Shown here piece by piece: positions 13,279 through 27,249 of a stretch of DNA of 64,000 nucleotides. How positions within the stretch are numbered: the stretch's first letter is position 1; every line of letters begins with the position of its first letter. A model generated the notes under the pieces. That model did no database searches and was not told the DNA's origin. It was given only the letters and a program-made list of their open reading frames with translations. Made by a program: the position numbers and the translations under genes. Source of the stretch: Octopus vulgaris (Eukaryota); the NCBI GenBank assembly GCA_951406725.2, contig OX597814.1, forward strand, positions 12,400,001-12,464,000, given 5' to 3'.

Positions 13279-13698
13279 GGCGCAGGAGTGGCTGTGTGGT
13301 AAGTAGCTTGCTTGCCAACCACATGGTTCGGGGTTCAGTCCCACTGCGTGGCACCTTGGGCAAATGTCTTCTACTATAGCCTCGGGCCAACCAAAGCCTT
13401 GTGAGTGGATTTGGTAGACGGAAACTGAAAGAAGCCCGTCGTATATATGTATATATATGTATGTGCATGTATGTTTGTGTGTCTGTGTTTGTCCCCCTAG
13501 CATTGCTTGACAACCGATGCTGGTGTGTTTATGTCCCCGTCACTTAGCGGTTCGGCAAAAGAGACCGATAGAATAAGTATTAGGCTTACAAAGAATAAGT
13601 CCTGGGGTCGATTTGCTCGACTAAAGGCGGTGCTCCAGCATGGCCGCAGTCAAATGACTGAAGCAAGTAAAAGAGTAAAAGAGTAAAAGAGTAAAAGA
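13279..13698 (+). mobile_element. SINE family B (tRNA head, CORE-like ACCTTGGGCAA motif, internal microsatellite, (GAGTAAAA)n tail)
   Basis: A-box TGGCTGTGTGG, B-box GGTTCAGTCCC; several near-identical copies in the window. Confidence 0.9.
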
Positions 13699-13722
13699 GA
13701 GTGTGTGCATATAGATACATAT

Positions 13723-13927
13723 AAGAGGGTGTGGTGAAAAGTTCTTCGCTTTGAGTAAGAGAAAATACCGGTGGATCATTTAACTATAATTTTATTCAAC
13801 ATATTCCCCTTTTAAATTCACACACTTCAGTTTTTCTCAGCCCTGTAAAAGAACTCGGAATGTTGGGCCATCAATTAGGTTTTCGCAACACTCTTAAAGC
13901 CAAGAAGTTTTCAGCCCCCACCTCGAA
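13723..13927. mobile_element. Mariner-derived MITE
   Basis: Imperfect terminal inverted repeats gagggtgtggtgaaaagttctt and aagaagttttcagcccccacctcg; homolog at 4270-4458. Confidence 0.65.
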
Positions 13928-14015
13928 TACGTATATGAACACACCCGTGCGCGCACGCACATACACACGTACACATATACATATGCTTACAATTGTGTGT
14001 GAGTATATATATATA

Positions 14016-14402
14016 TTCTTTTATTCTTTTACTTGTTTCAGTTATTTGACTGCGGTCATGCTGGAGCACCGCCTTAAGTCGAACTAATCGGTCCCAGGAC
14101 TTATTCTTTGTAAGCGTAGTACTTATTATATCGCTCTCTTTTGCCGAACCGCTAATGTACGGGGACATAAACACATCAACATCGGTTGTCAAGCGACACA
14201 GACACAGACACAGACACAAACACACACACAAACATATATATATATGACAGATTTCTTTCAGCTTTCGTAACCCAAATCCACTCACTAGGCGTTGGTCGAC
14301 CCGGGGCTATAGTAGAAACACTTGCCTAAGGTGCCACGCAGTGGAACTGAACCCGGAACCATGTGGTTGGGAAGCAAGTTACTTACCACACAGCCACGCC
14401 TG
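14016..14402 (-). mobile_element. SINE family B
   Basis: Full-length reverse copy of 13279-13698. Confidence 0.9.
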
Positions 14403-15583
14403 TATATATATAAAACCTGTGTTGCATTATGCATTTATAAACCATCCTAGAAACAAATATAAAACTTTAAAAACAAATTACGATAATGAGTGATCTAACG
14501 TTATGTATAAATACAGAAATATGTAGTCTTAATTTCCTATTTTATAAATAATTACAAATACACTTTTACAAAATTGGTAATATAATTACAGGAATAAGAT
14601 ACATCACAAATCTACATAAGTATAAACTTCGCTTCTTTTGTCTTCTCATATTCAAAATTCCCAATAGAAACCATATCGAAGAACACAATTCATGACAAAT
14701 TAATAACGGTGACCGTTTTCGATCAACGACAAGTTCATTAATTAGACGGTTTTTTATTACTGTAATGTGTCTTATGGCAACCAAGAATTGACTTTTTCTT
14801 AAGCAAAATATTTCTGAAAATATTTGAGAATCCCTAGTTTTCCAGTAAGAGCCACATGCCATTATTCCTCACATGTCTGGCGTGAGATATGTGAGAAGTA
14901 CTGCAATGGTGCAAACTCATCTAAAAAAGAGATATTTCGCTTTGTTGGCAAATACTTATTCACTAACACATTGCAATCACTGAATCATTGACATGGTTCT
15001 TCTCTCTGAACCTTTTACATTACTGCGATGTTCATCCTTCTTCAAGTCTGGCTACTTGAAGATTTTCAAGTCTGACTGCAGATCCGTGCACAAAATATTT
15101 TCTAAATACTCTCCATCAACGAATAATAATCTCTTGGAAAGCTATCACTGCATACGTCTTCTCGGCAGACGAGGCTACATGTGCTGGAGATGAGATCACT
15201 ACAATACATAGGTTACCACAGTGAGGCAAATGAGAAATATTCACAGTGCATGATTGGTCGGGGAGCGCTGGTAAGATGTATGACATTACGTGCGGCCTCA
15301 TATAATTTTAGAGCTATCTCTGGAAATATTTTCCCACTTCAAAATGAAATGTATGACACCCTGCCATACCAAAAATAACAAAATAAAAAATAAGAAAGCT
15401 AAAATATAAGAAATACATAGGAGATTCATTAGAAAGGATAACAGTAGATTAGGTGCATTAAGATATTATTGGTAAAGAGCACTACTTTTCCTTACTCAGG
15501 TGTCACCTGAAACATTTAGCTATCAATTTTAACTGATTTAACAGGTAGTTTCTCCGGGACTGGTGAGAATGATGTAGACACAT

Positions 15584-15618
15584 CTAATGAGGACCCAATA
15601 AGGTTCGAAAATCGATTA
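15584..15618 (+). ncRNA. Decayed minimal hammerhead-like motif
   Basis: CTAATGA-ggacccaataaggttc-GAAA-atcgat-TA; G5 is changed to A and stem I is poor. Confidence 0.3.
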
Positions 15619-15703
15619 AGGCTTTTCGTTATTTTTTCAATCTGCTGCAGCTTCAGGACATTTTAAAGTTATTCTATCGGGTTCTTTTGATGTGACTCTA
15701 AGA

Positions 15704-15914
15704 TACGGGGACGTAAACAGACCAGCACCGATTTTCAAAGGGTGGTGGATGATAAATACAAACAAACACACATCTATCAAATCTAGTCACAAACATTTGG
15801 TGTGCCCGAGGTTATAGCAGAAAAACACCTTCCTCGATAAGCCAAGCAGTGGGACTAAACACAAAACCATGTGCTTGGGAAGCTAACTTCTTACTACATA
15901 GCCATGCTTGCACC
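15704..15914 (-). mobile_element. SINE family B, degenerate
   Basis: acggggacgtaaac...cagtgggactaaac...accatgtg match family B. Confidence 0.65.
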
Positions 15915-15959
15915 TAAACACACACACATACACACACGACTGCTAAACTGTTATATATA

Positions 15960-16187
15960 TTTCTTTATTACCCACAAGGGCTAAACACAGAGGGGATTAA
16001 CAAGGACAGACAAACGGATTAAGTCGATTACATCGACCCCAGTGCGTAACTGGTACTTAATTTATCGACCCCGAAAGGATGAAAGGCAAAGTCGACCTCG
16101 GCGGAATTTGAACTCAGAACGTAACGGCAGACGAAGTAAGGCTGTGGATTTCGCCCGGCGTGCTAACGTCTCTGCCAGCTTGACGCC
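15960..16187 (-). mobile_element. SINE family A
   Basis: 20-bp TSD ctgctaaactgttatatata at 15940-15959 and 16188-16207. Confidence 0.92.
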
Positions 16188-16464
16188 CTGCTAAACTGTT
16201 ATATATAACTTTGCGTGTATATGTGTATCTTTGAGCGAATGTATGTGTGTGTGTATGTGCGTGCGCGTGTGTAATGAAATTACATTTCATTCTGACAAAT
16301 TCAACATTTAAAGGATGCTGCTGCTATTTCGTTAACCTCTTCAGAAAGTCGACATTCTGAACATCGAAGACAACAGCATGGCTCTTCTGTAAATGTCGAT
16401 TTTACTAAAACAATGTAAACAACGAACTCCCACCCCTTAAATAAAACCACCTTCACCTGCATAC

Positions 16465-16793
<329 letters not shown>

Positions 16794-16830
16794 CATACAA
16801 AGATGAACTCACGCACGCACAAAATGGTTA

Positions 16831-17222
16831 TACTCTTTTACTTGTTTCAGTCATTTGACGGCGGCCATGCTGGAGCACCGCCTTTAGTTCAGAAAATCGA
16901 CCCCGGGACTTATTCTTTGTAAGCCTAGTACTTATTCTATCGGTCTCTTTTGCCGAACCGCTAAGTGACGGGGACATAAACACACCAACATCGGTTGTCA
17001 AGCAATGCTAAGGGGAAAAACACAGACACACAGATACACACACACACACACACATATACGACGGGCTTCTTTGAGTTTCTGCCTACCAAATCCACTCACA
17101 AGGCTTTTGTCGACCCGAGGCTATAGTAGAAGACACTTGCCCAAGATACCACACAGTGGGACTGAACCCGGAACCATGTGGTTGGTAAGCAAGTTACTTA
17201 CCACACAGCCGCTCCTACGCCT
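16831..17222 (-). mobile_element. SINE family B
   Basis: Full-length reverse copy. Confidence 0.9.
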
Positions 17223-18134
17223 ATGTAAATCATTTAGAAATACATATGCACACATAATAAAAATAATTATACAGAAGAACGAGCGAAGAAGGCAGGCGTC
17301 AACAAATCATTACATACAAGTCTGAACTTTGTAGCACCGACATGGAATGGATAGCCGAAGGTATTTCTGAAACGAGTCACTGTGCTTCAAAGAATGAGAA
17401 ACTGTTGATACTCTATCTCAAATTTGGAGATAATATAAAGGCTTACAAATCATCCGTAAATATATTTGTCTGCATGTGACTTAATCCGAGATCGTGTATT
17501 GAAACTGAAACAATTACATTGTAGATGAGTCACGGTAGTCTGGGTGTGGTCTGGTAGTTATGGTGCTGATATCACAATCATGTGGTCGTAGGTTAGGACA
17601 TATTAAGCGTGTGGTGGGTCGTATTTTTGAACAAGGTGCCTTATTTCACGTTGCTTCATTTTATGCGGGCTAAAATATGTACCTGCCAAGTTCTGATGTA
17701 GACTTTTCTCACCCCAGGTATCATATCATCGTTGTAACACTGCTCGCGATTTAAACACAGGCACCTGAAACAATAAATAAAAGCACATTACACGCTACGA
17801 AGTCCTACTAGTTTGTGAGTGACGGCTTTATTTATTATATACTATAATGTAATTAAGTCAGTGACCAGGTCATAGACGTACAAAATATTTTTAACATCTT
17901 ATGGTATACAATACTTTTACAATATAAACAAAATGTGTATCTAACGGATTATATATGCTTAAATTGGCAAACATGATTCTTCAAAGATGTGACTGTTTAA
18001 CTACACTTTCCTTAAATAAATAATGATCATACTATCCAGATGAATTCTAAACTTTAACGTTTATTTTTAAACGTAATTTCATAAGAGTTGTTCAATCTCT
18101 CAACAGTTCAAAATTGGAGGTATACACACACGCA

Positions 18135-18175
18135 CATTATATATATATATATATATATATATATGCATATGTGTG

Positions 18176-18243
<68 letters not shown>

Positions 18244-18577
18244 AGATATATATGTGTATATATATGTATAGGTATATATTATATATGTGCATGTGCGTGA
18301 ATATGCGTCTGTGTCTGTGTAAAAGACATAATCAAAACAGCTTAGCGTTTCTGAGGAGTGGCAGCGTAAATAACGTCTGACACATGAATATAATATTGAC
18401 CTTCACGTCAATCGTAGAAGGAAGTCTGTAAATTCAGTTGATAGAGATTGTGTTAAACTGAAAGTGTATTCAAAGGCAGGATGCTCAGTTTCTTTCCACA
18501 GCTGGCTTCATGTCGGGGCAAGGAAATAAAGGACTCACTCTCAGCACTGCGTACACCTCTCCGCATACACGTTCACA

Positions 18578-18654
<77 letters not shown>

Positions 18655-18750
18655 GCACACAAACACGCACACGCGAGCAGACACACACACACATGCACTC
18701 CACACACTCACACATGTATACCTATATACCTATAAATAATATGCCTGTGT

Positions 18751-18786
<36 letters not shown>

Positions 18787-18817
18787 TATATACAATTATG
18801 TTTCTGTATGTGTGTGA

Positions 18818-18862
<45 letters not shown>

Positions 18863-19010
18863 CGCACACACATAAATGTATGTATGTGTGTATATGTATA
18901 TATATATATGTGTGTGTATATATATATATATATACACACACGCACATAAATGTATGTGTGTATATGTATATATATATGTATGTACGTATGTGTGTATATG
19001 TATATATATA

Positions 19011-19088
<78 letters not shown>

Positions 19089-19100
19089 TAAATATATGTA
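18135..19100. repeat. Cluster of TA/CA/TG microsatellites
   Basis: Arrays at about 18135-18295, 18575-18720 and 18750-19100. Confidence 0.9.
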
Positions 19101-19400
19101 AGTATGTCCATATATCACCATGGGCGCACACATTGATGTATATGTAATTAGTATACCGGAATTCATGATCATTGTCATTACGCAGTCACCGTGCGCACAA
19201 CTTTCGCAGGCCCAGTAGTGATACTAATATGGTTGATTACTAGTTTAAGGATTTGTAAGTAAAATAATCTGGAAGGAAATTGTCTATGTGAATGCAATTC
19301 TAGTGCATTGGCATACTGATGTAGAAAGAAGTGAACGTAGCGGCCTATTGCAGGTTTTGAGCGTCGAGACGCAGTATGGGAAACAAGAGGAGAAAGTATA

Positions 19401-19632
19401 TATTTCTTTACTACCCGCAAGAGGCTAAACACAGAGGGGACAAACAAGGACAGACAAACGGATTAAGTCAATTATATCGACCCCAGTGCGTAACTGGTAC
19501 TTATTTAATCGATCCCGAAAGGATGAAAGGCAATGTCGATCTCGGCGGAATTTGAAATCAGAACGCAGCGACAGACGAAATACTGCTAATCATTTCGCCC
19601 GGTGTGCTAACGTTTTTGCCAGCCTGCCTCCT
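19401..19632 (-). mobile_element. SINE family A
   Basis: Full length; partial TSD caagaggaga at 19384-19393 and 19634-19643. Confidence 0.88.
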
Positions 19633-20504
19633 TCAAGAGGAGATTATATAGGTATATCAGGTGTATACTGTTGTTGTAGTTATGCTGTAGTTGTTGTTCC
19701 TTTTAGTGGTGTTGATTTTGTGTTGTTGGTAAGGCAGTAGTAGAAGCCTCCTTTTCGCTGTCATATGCAGTTATTTCTTGAAGCAGAAAATCTCGAGGTG
19801 ATAAGTGTTTTTGCCGTGGTAACAACGAGGTCGTTTACACTCCAATGCCACCTGCTGTAGCTGCTGCCTTCTTAGGTCTTTATTAAACCTTGGGTTATGT
19901 CCATGTCTAATTTTTGTTTTTTTATACCTCAGTCAGAATCTCCAACCCCACCCACTTCAAAATTTTCTCTTCGGAATCTTTATTTCTAGCAGCTTCTAGT
20001 TCTGGCTGCATGTTTGAAATTTTTACGTGGTAGATTGTTATCAGTGTAAAATCCCCAGTTCTTTCTGAGATGGTGGAGTGTTTCACGTGTAGGGTTTCCA
20101 AGGGGAAAATAACTCAGATGTATCCGAACTTATGGACTTATCACACTAAATTGATGTCAGCCCAAATGTTTCTTAAACCGAGTTCAGCTTGGCCTAAAGG
20201 TATATGCTCAAAAGCTGTCATTTCAACGACAAGCGTCTATACAGAATTGTTTCACTTTCTGTTTCCTCTAAGAAGTATTATAGTATATTGAGCGTAGATC
20301 ATGAAAAGTCTTTCTTTTTAACATTTTGCTCCGAAGTAATCGTAACAGAAAGAATTGATTGGTCTCTCCAGGTTATTTTCAATTAAGAAAAAAGGTAGAA
20401 CAATAAAATCAAAAAGAGACTTCTAAAACGAAAATCAAGACACAAACTCACGGAGCTTCTAACACACGTTAACCTTCAGCGATAAACAACAATAAAATTA
20501 ATAA

Positions 20505-21720
20505 TACAAGACACATTCCAGAAGTTTTCAGAATGTTTCAGGAGAGACATTTATTAATTAAAAAGAAATGATGATAAAACTTTAATATCCTTCAAAGTAG
20601 AATTCTCCAACCAATAAATGAAGGATCTATGGAAGTCCTCGAATGTGAAGGTGTCGAGGACTCTTCTCACAGCCTGCTTCATCTTCAAAACGACTACTCT
20701 TGAGGTTCTCCTTCAGCTTGGGTGACAACCTAAATCACAGGGAACAAAATCTGGGTAGTAGAAAGGGTGAGTGACGGTCTTGATGCCCTTCTCTGTCAAG
20801 TAGTCGCTTACCAGGAGGCTCTTTACTGAGGAATAAACTCTTCACAACTCTTGCGTGAGTTCAGCTCTTCATGAATACTTGTGTGTACAGTTGCCACACC
20901 AACTCCAAATTGTATCCTTATTGTTTTTAATGACATACGACAGTCTTCATCCAGAATTCTGAGAATTTAAGGCGGCGAGCTGGCAGAAACGTTAGCACGC
21001 CGGGCGAAATGCTTAGCGGTATTTCGTCTGCGTTACGTTGTGAGTTCAAATTCCGCCGAGTTCAAATTCCGCCGAGGTCGACTTTGCCTTTCATCCTTTC
21101 GGGGTCGATAAATTAAGTACCAGTTACGCACTGGGGTCGATGTAATCGACTTAATACCTATGTCTGTCCTTGTTTGTCCCCTCTGTGTTTAGCCCCTTGT
21201 GGGTAATAAAGAAATAGAAATAGGTATTTGGTCTGCCGCTACGTTCTGAGTTCAAATTCCGCCGAGGTCGACTTTGCTTTTCATCCTTTCGGGGTCGATT
21301 GAATAAGCACCAGTTACGCACTGGGGTCGATGTAATCGACTTAATCCGTTTGTCTGTCTTTGTTTGTCCCCTCTACGTTTAGCCTCTTGTGGGCAGTAAA
21401 GAAGTAAGAATACTAATAATTTTTTTAACCAGCTCTGATGCTTTGACGTCCCTCTCACTCCGATCCTCTCTCATCTCCTCTTAACCGTCCCTTGGCTCTC
21501 TTTTGCCAACAAAAAAATAATCCATATGGTGCATTTTATAAGATTTTGTGGCGTTTTGACCAGTTTAACATAAAACTTAATTACATATCAAGCTTTCAAA
21601 CGTCCCGATTACATTCTGCGAACTAGTCAACTGTGACAAGTAGTGTTTTGTAAGGTGTGATGAAAATGCTGTTACAGCCGACTCCTTCAACTTAGAAGAA
21701 CAAAGCTTATTCAGATGTCT
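20505..21720 (-). mobile_element. Decayed, internally deleted mariner transposon interrupted by a SINE dimer
   Basis: Minus-strand peptides DYLTEKGIKTVTHPFYYPDFVPCD..PKLKENLKSSRFED (resembling the mariner HPPYSPDLAPxD motif, about 20690-20815) and DEDCRMSLKTIRIQFGVGVATVH (HTH-like, about 20884-20955). Confidence 0.7.
20971..21405 (+). mobile_element. SINE family A head-to-tail dimer
   Basis: Full copy with a short internal duplication of gagttcaaattccgcc, joined at 21222/21223 to a second copy starting at GGTATTT. Confidence 0.88.
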
Positions 21721-21774
21721 AGTAATGATACACTAAAATTACAACAATCTAGAGCAGTTATATCTGTTTTCCTC

Positions 21775-22163
<389 letters not shown>

Positions 22164-22769
22164 ATATTAAACCCTCTTCAGTAAAGCCTCACTTTTACTA
22201 ATTCACTACAAATTTAAGGAGTTACATCTTCGATGATAAAATCCTCCTATATATCACTTCCAAAACTGCATCTTACAGACTCGGTTTAATTTTCACGGAC
22301 CCAAAACTACTTCGACTGTGATTCACTCACCAACACACTGCAGAACCATAAGACACGCAAGATTTCTATTTCTACTAACTCAGCGTCTTTTTTTCGAATT
22401 ACGTTGGTGTATCCAGTACCAGCTTACACACTCAGCTCTTTTTCTCTTTTGAACACGTCTCTCACTCACGCTGTCTTTCAAATGCACTAGCTGAACATGA
22501 ACAGTATCGATTTCTTCAGAGACCGGATCACCAGCATAGCATTGGTCACGGGCAGTCCTTCCTCCTATAATTAAATTAATTTATTTAATGATAAATGAAA
22601 TTGTTAATTAAAATTAAAGATTTCTTCGGAATTAAAAAAATCAAACGTAGCATCTAAATACAATCTTAGTGATTAACTAAACAGAACAAAAACTAAAAAG
22701 AAACAACTGATGATATGGCAGGTTGAAGTTACTTCTTAATATTTGACAGAATCAAATCTTAATATTTGA

Positions 22770-23628
22770 CAGAATCAGCATTAACACGCTAAGCAAAATG
22801 CCTAGCGGCATTTCGTCCGTCTTTCTCTTGTCAGTTCAAAAGCAACCGGGATCAACTTTGCCTTACATCCTCTCAGAGTCGATAAAATACGTAGCAGTAA
22901 AGCAGTGAAGTCGATGTAATCGACTTGTCTCCTCCTCTGAAATTGCTGGCCTTGTGCCAACATTTGAAACCAATATTTCGCAAAATCTTTTGATCATCCT
23001 ATTATGTACCTTCACTTCCTTTTGGCTCTTTATGTTATAAATTCAATTAACTCAGTGTCAACTAAGCTTCTCATCTTTCCGGAGTCGATAAGTTAAAGTA
23101 CCAGTTCGGTACAGAGACTAATGGCATGGACTGACCTCCACCTGCTCAAATTTAATTGCTTTGTGCCGAAATTAGGAACAATATCAAATACTGGCTTCAG
23201 ATTTCGGCACAAGGCCAACAAGTTTAGGGGAGGGTTAAGTCGATTACATCGATCCCAGTGTTCACCCGGTATTTATTTTATCGATCCCAAAAGCACGAAA
23301 GGCAAAGTCGACCTCGTTGGAATTTTGAACTCAAAAGGTAAACACAGACAAAATGCTTCGAAGCATTTTGCCCGACGTGCTAACCACTCCACCAGTACGC
23401 CACCCTAACATCAGATATTAAAAAGGACAAAAACAGCTGCACAAGAACATGAAGAGCATTTCACTAATTTTTCTCAAGGTAACCTTTTTAGAAACGGTTA
23501 TGTTATTCAAAAACGGCAAAATGATTGGCAGAATCGTTAGAGTTGTTGATCAAAATGCCGAGCGTTATTTCATCAGGCTCTTTACGTTCGATTTCAAATA
23601 ACGCCGAAGTCAAATTTGCGTTTCAGTC
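22770..23628. mobile_element. Cluster of old family-A-related SINEs
   Basis: Degenerate copies at about 22770-22975 (+), 23050-23180 (+), 23190-23405 (-) and 23522-23628 (+). Tail type aaattgctggccttgtgcc...tttgaaacc. Confidence 0.65.
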
Positions 23629-24075
23629 TGTAGTGACGCCTGGTTCCAGACGCCATTTTGGGATTTTCATCCACGCAGGCGCAGGGATTAGAGCCTTCCG
23701 GAAGGCCTGCCGGAATCCCCTTATGCGCATGCACAGTCATCATCAGCAGCTAGGCTTGACCGCTATTCTCTCTCTTCGGCCCCGGCTTCTGACCAGACAG
23801 GGCGCAACTTAGACCAGCTCCGTGGAGCTGGAATTCTGACGGCAAGCGACGTTGCAAGTCTCTGAAAATGCCTTCGTATTTTTGTGTCTAACTACCAATC
23901 CTGTGCTTCTCGACACACCAAGACATCCAGGCTACCGATGTCCAGAGATGAAATGTTTGTTCAGGCGAAATAAATATTGTTATTTGTTCGGAGATTCTTG
24001 TTCCCGCTATTTTCCTTTCCACGACTATGTAAGAAATTGTGAGACACCCATCCAGTGCCAACCTTACTTCCTACA
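23629..24075 (+). mobile_element. Solo LTR (447 bp, Gypsy-type by TSD length)
   Basis: Starts TGTAG and ends CTACA; 4-bp TSD AGTC at 23625-23628 and 24076-24079; AATAAA at 23969. It splits an old SINE whose core resumes at 24080. Confidence 0.8.
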
Positions 24076-24179
24076 AGTCCTCCGTTATCGATAAAATAAA
24101 TAATTGTGGCTGATAGCATCGACAAACTCCCCTTCTCAACATTGGTGGCCAAATGCTTATAATAACCAGTAACTGCACC

Positions 24180-24362
24180 GAACCGGCAGAATATTTAAAC
24201 TGCCGGATAAAATACTTAGCGGCATACCTTCTGGCTGTACGTCCCGATGTCGACATTTCGGGTTCGATAAAATAAGTACCAATTGAGTAATGGAATAGAT
24301 GCAATCGTCCAGCCTCCCACTCAAAATTTCAGGCCTTGTGTCTGTAGTAGAAAGGATTATTA
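24180..24362 (+). mobile_element. Old family-A-related SINE
   Basis: tcgataaaataagtacca core and aaatttcaggccttgtg..gtagaaaggatt tail. Confidence 0.6.
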
Positions 24363-24889
24363 TAAGCAGTATAAATATTTTAAGCAAGACCGCATTTTAA
24401 TTGCTGATGTCACTTAACCCCATTGAAAATGGTCAAAGATGTTATAGTGTTGGTCATACCCAAAAAGTAAATTTCAAGAATACATTGTGGTTTTTAAAAT
24501 AAATGAGAGCAAATTTAAGAAGACTTGACTCCTATTTCTAGCTGGCCGAGGGATTGCAAAGACTCTCCCGGCCTCCTCTGTTGAACCATTAAAAGAAGCA
24601 GCTTATTTATTTATTTATTTATGTTCAAGATGTAGACAATTTAGATAACACTTGTAAAGATGATTCATTTCGAAATTTGAACTTTGTTCAAGAGATTCAA
24701 TAATTTATTCTTCTTTCTCTCCAGGTTGTTTACATAAAAAGAAGAAAGATGATATATGGAGATTCTTGAAGTAAACATTAATTCCTCGAAAATTCTACAC
24801 AGATTTTGCGACTGACTAATTATGTTTCAGACGTTTTCGCTCCTGTTTACCGACAACTTATTTTCTCAATATGTATTGCTAGCTCTATC

Positions 24890-25635
24890 TTGTTGTCGTC
24901 GTTGATGTTGTTGCTGTTGTTGTTGTTGTTGTTGTTTCTTCTTCTTCTTCTTCTTCTTCTTCTTCTTCTTCTTCTTCTTCTTCTTCTTCTTTTTCTTCTC
25001 CTCCTCCTCCTCTTCTTCTTCTTCTACTTCCTCCTCTTCTTCTTCTTCTTCTTCTTCTCTTCTTCTTCTTCTTCTCCTCCTCCTCCTCTTCTTCTTCTTC
25101 TACTTCCTCCTCCTCCTCTTCTTCTTCTTCTTCTTCTTCTTCCTCCTCCTCTTCTTCTTCTACTTCCTCCTCCTCTTCTTCTTCTTCTTCTTCTACTTCC
25201 TCTTTCTCCTCCACCTCCTCCTCTTCTTCTTCTTCTACTTCCTCTTTCCTCCTCCTCCTCCTCTTCTTCTTCTTCTTCTTCTACTTCCTCCTCCTCCTCT
25301 TCTTCTTCTTCTTCTTCTTCTACTTCCTCCTCCTCCTCTTCTTCTTCTTCTTCTTCTACTTCCTCCTCCTCCTCTCTTCTTCTTCTTCTTCTTCTACTTC
25401 CTCCTCCTCCTCTTCTTCTTCTTCTTCTTCTTCTACTTCCTCCTCCTCCTCTTCTTCTTCTTCTTCTTCTTCTTCTACTTCCTCCGCCTCCTCCTCCTCC
25501 TCCTCCTCCTCCTCCTCCTCCTCCTCCTCCTCTTCTTCTTCTTCTACTTCCTCCGCCTCCTCCTCCTCCGCCTCCTCCTCCTCCTCCTCCTCCTCCTCCT
25601 CTTCTTCTTCTTCTTCTTCCTCCTCTTCCTCCTCC

Positions 25636-25667
<32 letters not shown>

Positions 25668-25710
25668 CTCCTCATCCTCTTCTTCTTCTTCTTCTTCTTC
25701 TTCTTCTTCA
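24890..25710. repeat. About 800-bp (GTT)n then (CTT)n/(CCT)n trinucleotide tract
   Basis: Almost purely pyrimidine on the plus strand from about 24935. Confidence 0.97.
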
Positions 25711-27249
25711 CATATACATTCGCTCTCAGCCACTCAGACACCATTTTCTAATTTCACCCACCTCTCTCTATATACATGCGCATCTACATACATATGCTCA
25801 CATAGATACATACCTAATACATATACATACACTCACATAGGTACACCTATGCATATATATATATATGTATATGTGTGTGTGTGTGTGTGTATGTGGTGTA
25901 TGTGTGTGTGTCCATGTATACGCACACACACATATATATATATTAGTATGCATGTATATATACACACTGATGTATATAAATTTGTATGTGTATATATGTA
26001 TGTATGTATATGCATGTGCGTGTTTGTTCGTCTGCATGTATACAAGTACATACACGCGCATGACTTGTGTGTTTGCGTGTGATTTGACATATAACATATG
26101 CATATGTTTATATTGTAGTATCCGAGTATATAAACCTACACGTGTTTATGCTCATATACGTGCACTCCTCTGTATATTGTTTATATATACACAGATAAAT
26201 CACAAACACAAATACACGTGTTTGCTTCGATATATGTACTAATGTATATGTGCTAATATTTTGTATGCGTGTGTGTGTATGTGTGTGTGTGTGTGTATGG
26301 GTGATTTTGTACTGGCGCGTTACTCTACTCCCTATAGAGAATGTCTAAGCCAATGGAAAAAAATTTAGGGAAATAGAGTAAAAAGGGGTTTAAGAAACTA
26401 TCTTCATATCAATTTAAGGGACTTATGTACAATCGTACTAACATATCTCTGAACAATTAACTAATGATATGAGCTTATTTCTTTAATTTGACGGCACATT
26501 TCTTTAGCAACTTTTTACCCTCATTCTAACGCAATTTTTTCAATTGATAATGGATATATGAGCTTTTATCGCAATTTCTTAATTGTCAATTCAGCTAATG
26601 AATAGTTCTATAGATAGTGAAACTAAATATAACATCTTAAGAGAGCTCTCGTGGCAATTATTAGCATTAAGCTTTTCTTTTTCTTTTCGTTTTTTTTTTT
26701 AATGCTATTTTATTTTGTGTAACTAATATAATTAATACAAGCTTTCCGAAGGCTATTGGTTTAATCGTCAATAGTAGTCCTGTAAACGGTACTACGCAAT
26801 ATAATTATAATGCAGTCTTAGAGGTTCCACGTGTATTAAGTCTCATTTAATCAACAAGTTTGCAGTGATTAAATTAATAAAATTGTTTTGCTTCACCATC
26901 CCACCATCGAAGCGAGCGAATTCTATAGATAAAGATGCAATCTCTCAAGTTAGACGAGTCAACAACCTAGTTTCGATTGCGGGTGCTTGACATCTCGCCT
27001 ACCTTTTACCTACAAATACCAATTTTCTTCAGAACAGAGAAGGAACCACAAATAGTCAAATTTACTCGCCTCCCTAATTTCCTCAACTTTGAAACGAACT
27101 CTCAATAATACCATTTTACTTGCAGCAGTACCTGTTACCTTTTAGATAAAAAAACCCAACAATCTTGTGACCAAGAACTTCTAAGGCCAGTCACCCGGTT
27201 TCTATGGCGTATGAATGACCGAGATCAGAACGTTCCCTCTAAACGGAAC

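Noticed and set aside
14730-14840. Possible hAT dimerisation-domain remnant
   Set aside because: Only a faint match that needs several frameshifts and stops.
19770-20330. Possible decayed retroelement fragment
   Set aside because: I could not recover a diagnostic motif by eye; it needs tBLASTx against repeat libraries.
24806-25840. 344-aa poly-L/P/S ORF and antisense poly-E/K/R ORFs
   Set aside because: They are trinucleotide repeat translations.
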